A stretch of 64,000 nt of DNA from Octopus sinensis (lineage: Eukaryota): the NCBI RefSeq assembly GCF_006345805.1, contig NC_043007.1, positions 56,234,001 through 56,298,000 of the forward strand. Reading direction: 5' to 3'. The notes under the pieces are model-generated. The model was not told the origin of the DNA, did no database searches, and was given only the letters and a program-made list of their open reading frames with translations. How positions within the stretch are numbered: the stretch's first letter is position 1; each line of letters opens with the position of its first letter. The translations under genes and the position numbers were made by a program. Positions 58,766 to 64,000 of the stretch are shown in pieces.

Positions 58766-59779
58766 TTAGAATTTTCTCTGACTTCTCAGATTTTTTGTAT
58801 GCTGGACTACTGGTTTTAAATTGATATTAAAATTAATATTAATTTATCTCCCTCATTATTTAAATATTGAAATAAATACGTTCCCTTGTAGTAAGCACTA
58901 ACCGCAGTGAATTATTCACTGCAGCCCTTCGCTTCAGGAATTTCTTAGCGCGCCAGAACCAAGACATTTGAAATTTTATCCCTAATGTAATCGGTAAAAC
59001 TAAGTCCGTCATTACAGAAATGGAAGTGACTGTCATCAACCAGGACAGCGACGAGAATTGTGACTGAATTAATTCGTGAAATCTGGGGCTCCAAATCATG
59101 CTTTTGTGCGGATATGCACAGTCAGAGTGCAAGAGAATAGAAATTAAGAGCATAGTAAAATTTTTTTATATCACTTATACTGATATTTATGTTCCCTTAC
59201 TTGCACTGATGATTTTCAAATTTCAGTATAAAAAATAATTATTCTAGGTTTTTCAAATTCCAGTATAACACGAATTATTCTAGTTTGTCATGCTTATAGG
59301 TCATTACCCCTTCCGTCATCAATAACTCAAGACTGAAGTAGCTTTCTGACTACATATCCTTATGAGCCAACTGTTTTGTACTTGTCTACAATCCTAGAAG
59401 ATCGGCTAAAACATAGCAAACTAGCGGTTGACCTACTTTAAATGGCAACTAAATATCCTTCATATCTCATCTTGTTTGCTTAAAATATAAGACAGTAAAA
59501 TTGAGTCTGTGGTTACACTATACAGGCATAATAGGAAAGTAATCCTTTTAAAATTGTTTACTTTTTTCTTCTGGTGACATTTGTCGTCAAATATCTTACA
59601 AGTTCCAGTATTGCCTCGTAATTATCATCAATTTAGCGGTGCTTTTATTTCCATTAAAGTAGTACTAAACCAGCAATATCCCTCATATATAGGTGTCTGA
59701 TCCATTATTAAATATCCTCACTCACTAACTTTCAAGTAGGATGGGAGAAATATCTTTATGAGAAAGGTAAACTATGATT

Positions 59780-60500
59780 TGAGTGCCACAATTCTCTTCA
59801 TATAAAGCTATTGAATTACCAATTTTGCACTTTGTTGTCTCAGCTTCATCAAGAACTTTCTTCACAGTCTGTGTAAAACAGATATGTTTTAAACAATCTA
59901 AAGCACAGCTAATGAAAAAGTCTACAAATTCAGACCAATTGAATGCTCATTCGAAACTTTTCTTACCATCTCTGCAAAGCACAACGAATAAAACTCTACT
60001 CTAAACGTTTTGTTTACACTGAAAACTGTGCCAGAAACGGATTTGAAGCTGGAAACACATGGTGCAACCATCGAGTACTGGAGTCGGAAAAATGTAAGTT
60101 TTGTGGGTCTTTCCTTCTGAGACGGACAAGAATTTAGAATATAATAAACCGGACGTAACAATAATGGAAAAGCGAAGTTGATTACTAATTGACCGATCAT
60201 ACCGGTTTCATTCCAGGATTGAAAAGAAAGAAGACGAAAGGAAAAATACAATCCTTTAAAATAGGATGAATTTGGAGTATAAGAACTGTCAAAATAGTGC
60301 CTATTATAATTGGTGCGTTGGTAATCGACAAATGGCTGAAGGAAAATGGAATAGAATGCCTTGTAGAGCTCCTACAGGACGTTTGTCTCTTAAGAAAATC
60401 AAGGAATATCAGGAGGGTTCAAAGAACTTGAAAGATTACTGATAACTTGTGGATACCTAAGGTTACAGGTAGTAACTCTTACTCACATAAAGTCAACAAC
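59780..60500 (+). mobile_element. R4/Dong 3' fragment (family I)
   Basis: RLE remnants; 3' UTR shared with 15120-15200; ends in (AAC)n(AAT)n. Confidence 0.75.
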
Positions 60501-60539
60501 AACAACAACAACACAACACAACAACAACACAACAACAAC

Positions 60540-60642
<103 letters not shown>

Positions 60643-60664
60643 TGATGATAATAATAATAATAAT

Positions 60665-61090
60665 AAATGCTCTAATGCAGAACCAGACAGTGGCCCTCAT
60701 GACTTCTGATCTTAACTGACTGGGAGTGTTATCATGTACATTGCTTTGTCATGGTATAAAAGATGGGCTACAGCAAATATTCTGATCACTACCACAGATT
60801 TGCATGTCAATTGTTTGACCTTAACCAGTTGCGAATGTCCCTTAGTGGCTGATGATATGTGCATCTCTGATCATGAGCAGAAGTAGTGGGGGAGCATCAT
60901 AGCCGTGTGTTGAAAGGAATTCTTGGAGGTTTGGATAATTCACCTTTGGAAACATGGGTGGTTCGTTCAACATCCTTAAACAACCCTTATTCAGGGGCCT
61001 TTTGAGCAGGATGGGCTACTCCACCTGAAGAAAATTCTAGCTGGTTCCCACCTGCAAGATCATGCGAGGTCCCACCTGTAAGGTCATGCG
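60665..61090 (-). repeat. Second copy of the about 460-bp dispersed repeat
   Basis: Reverse complement of 37480-37780 and beyond. Confidence 0.8.
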
Positions 61091-61094
61091 CAGG

Positions 61095-62155
61095 AAAACA
61101 GCTATCGGTGGTATGTAAAAATACCGTAGAACCATTGTTGATAATCAATATTGTATCGAAGCAGAAAAAAAACAGCTTAGGGTAGTATGTAAAAAATATC
61201 GTGGAACCATTGTTGAAACATGTGAAGAAGACTGTCGTCATGAAAACTGATGATTGTGTAAAGAAAGGGAAACTTAAAGAGGAACAGAACACAGAAAAAG
61301 AACAACATGGAAGGAAAAAATGTACGATCAGTTTGCAAGAGATACAAACGCCAAGACAGATACAGAAGACCGGTGGCTATGGATGGATGAAGAGAAGTGA
61401 CTTGAAGATTGAGACAGAAGCACTTATATGCGCAGTTTAAGAACAAGCGTTAAGGACTATGTGAAGTGCAGAATCAACAACTCTACCAACAGCAACAAAT
61501 GCAGAATGTGTGGTGAGAGGGGCGAAACGGTATGGCTCATCGTTACCGAATGCCCAAAATTGGCATAGCGCAAATACAAAAGACGTCATGCAATGTGGCA
61601 AGAATGAGCCACTGGAAGCTACGGAAATCACGCCCTACGAAGAGCTAAGACGTGATATGAGCAAACCTCTGAAGGAGTCACTGAGAATGAAAATTACAAA
61701 ATCCTGTGTGATACAATGATTCATTGCGATCATCTGACCATACTTCGAAAATCGGACATTGTTGTGGTGGGTAAAAAGAAAAGAACGTGCATAATAATCG
61801 ATCTAGCTTGTCCCGGTGACAAAAGGATCAAAGAGAAAGAATAAAAACTAAATAACTATGACGATTTGAAATAGGATATACGAAGGTTGTGGTCAATGAA
61901 GAGTGTGGACGTGATACCAATAGTAATTGGCGCACTTGGAGGTATCAGCACTCAACTGCCAACATTGGGCAAAAGGATTGGTACAAATACAAAGGTAGAA
62001 AACCTACAAAAATCAGCATTGTTTGGAACTGCAAGAATTCTTCGCAGGATTCTTGAAGCATGACCAATAAACAAGTGTCACTCTAGTCTGTTGGCTGTGA
62101 ACAGCTGGCACTTTCCGTCATACCCAGCAAAATCAGCTGTGAGTTTGCTTCAAAT
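61095..62155 (+). mobile_element. R4/Dong 3' fragment (family C)
   Basis: WMKRSDLKIETEALICA, CRMCGE, IDLACPGDKR, IPIVIGALG; ends in (AAT)n. Confidence 0.8.
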
Positions 62156-62165
62156 AATAATAATA

Positions 62166-62200
<35 letters not shown>

Positions 62201-62214
62201 TAATAATAATTGAC

Positions 62215-62483
62215 TTTACAGGCCCAAATGATGAAAAAATCAATATGGGAAGTATAGAAAAATAGCATTGAATTACAGAAACTATGGAAAGTGCGGGTAA
62301 AATGTATTTCAATAGTTATAGGTGCATTGGGACATATTCTTAAAGATCTGAACAGATGGATAGAGGAAAACAGTGTTATTGGGTACAGCTCGGATACTTA
62401 ACAGGGTTCTTGGTGCCAAAGGTTGTAGCCCGATGTTAGGATTTTTTTCCAATACTCTAATCTGTTGTGTCTATATGAAAATG

Positions 62484-62526
<43 letters not shown>

Positions 62527-62602
62527 CAACGACAACAACAACAACAACAACGACAACAACGACGACGACAATGATGACGATGATGACGACGATGACGATG
62601 AC

Positions 62603-62635
<33 letters not shown>

Positions 62636-62735
62636 TATCTGAGGAAAGAAATGAAACAGTTGTGGTCAATGAAAGAAGTGTATATTGTGCGAATAATTGT
62701 TGGTGCCAAAGGTACAGTGAGCAAAATAATTAAAA
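62215..62735 (+). mobile_element. Two very short Dong 3' stubs separated by a compound triplet array
   Basis: KYQELW/IVIGALG-type remnants; first shares its 3' UTR with 13700-13790. Confidence 0.6.
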
Positions 62736-62749
62736 ATTGGTTATTCTTT

Positions 62750-63130
62750 TATTCTTTTACTTGTTTCAGTCATTTAACTGCGGCCATGCCTGAGCACCGC
62801 CTTTAGTCGAACAAATCGATTCCAGGACTTTTTCTTTGTAAGCCTAGTACTTATTCTATCGGTTCTTTTGTCGAACTGCTATGTTACGGGCACGTAAACA
62901 CACCAACATCGGTTGTCAAGCAATGGTGGGGGAACAAGCATGCACACAAATATGCATACACACACACACACTACAAAATTCTTTCAGTTTCTGTCTACCA
63001 AATCCACACACAAGGCATTGGTCGGCCCAAGGCTATAGTAGAAGGCACTTGCCCAAGATGCTACACAGTGGGATTGAACCAGAAACTATGTGGTTGGAAA
63101 GTAAACTTCTTACCTCACAACTACTCCTGC
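62750..63130 (-). mobile_element. SINE family 2, full length
   Basis: ttgtttcagtcatttaactgcggccatgc tail, (CA)n linker, head gggattgaaccagaaactatgtgg. Confidence 0.85.
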
Positions 63131-64000
63131 GCCTTTACAGGAGGTATTATACGAATAAAAAGGAAAATATAGTGTAACTAGAAAACAGCATTACTTGGCA
63201 GCGCAAGAAGTTTCTCGAAATTCCTGAAAAAAGTACCACCTATCTTCACGGAAGACAAACAACTGGTATTTTAATGATACTTCTTGCAGCAAGCTGAGTA
63301 TGTTAGATATGATAATAATAATAATTATTATTCTATCTTATTTTATTTCATTTGAAAGGTCTGTTGTCTACTGTCTGTGGTTCTGAGTGACTACAGCGGT
63401 TGAAGCTTACATAGACCTGTATTTACTTTTCCAGTGGAACATCTTTCATTCAAATGGTCCAATATTTCCTGGGGAAACAAGACATCGAACGATACTCAGT
63501 TCTAGCAACACTGTAACGCCCTAAACAGATGTCCTGACAATAATTGAGCGTTTGTCGCAAGCATGTTGGGCTTATAGTTCGTGTGTTAACCATCACGTAT
63601 ATTTCTATGTCACGCGCATTATTGCTAAATAGTTCCCGATCCTATCCTGACTCCGCCCGTCTTATGATAGGTTTTGTTTATGACCTGTAAACTCTCTAGC
63701 AAGTGCTTTGACCAGATTAGACATATATAGGACAGGCAGATCAGATACACACACACATATTAACATATATACCAATATGCACCTTCATAAACATGTATAC
63801 ACAAATGTATCTATGGGAATGCTAATGTATAGTTAAAAAAGAAAATAGTGTATTAATTGTAGGAAACACGTGCATGTTAGAGTAACAGAAATGGGCAGTA
63901 AGAAGTTCATGTCGATAAGTTTTAAATATTATTGGTTGGAGAAACCAGTCGAAAAGTATTTAAAAGACTGAAATATCCTATCAATACAATAATATTCGTT

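Noticed and set aside
63195-63520. Short candidate exons on both strands near the window end
   Set aside because: Mutually incompatible readings, and none has independent support.

Overview
AT-rich, microsatellite-saturated animal genomic DNA. It is most likely octopus/cephalopod, an inference from recalled SINE sequences and repeat style that I have not verified. No host gene could be identified with confidence. Most ORFs in the track are microsatellite artefacts, antisense shadows or retrotransposon fragments. About 25 kb (summed by eye) is decayed R4/Dong-clade non-LTR retrotransposon (RT, CCHC knuckle, restriction-like endonuclease) from at least eight families. Most abut (TAA)n-type repeats; one family is bracketed by (CATA)n instead. 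Also present: three Tx1/L1 copies, one RTE 3' end, one Hero-like RT fragment, Penelope-like (PLE) remnants, three mariner relics (one with both TIRs and TA TSD), a probable solo LTR and many tRNA-derived SINEs. The best signal is four minimal PLE-type hammerhead ribozyme folds from three sequence families. One lies on the same strand as, and downstream of, a tRNA-type Pol III head. Together they appear to form a hammerhead-carrying SINE that was later split by Dong insertions into its internal (TAA)n linker. All coordinates were read by eye; degenerate element boundaries are approximate.
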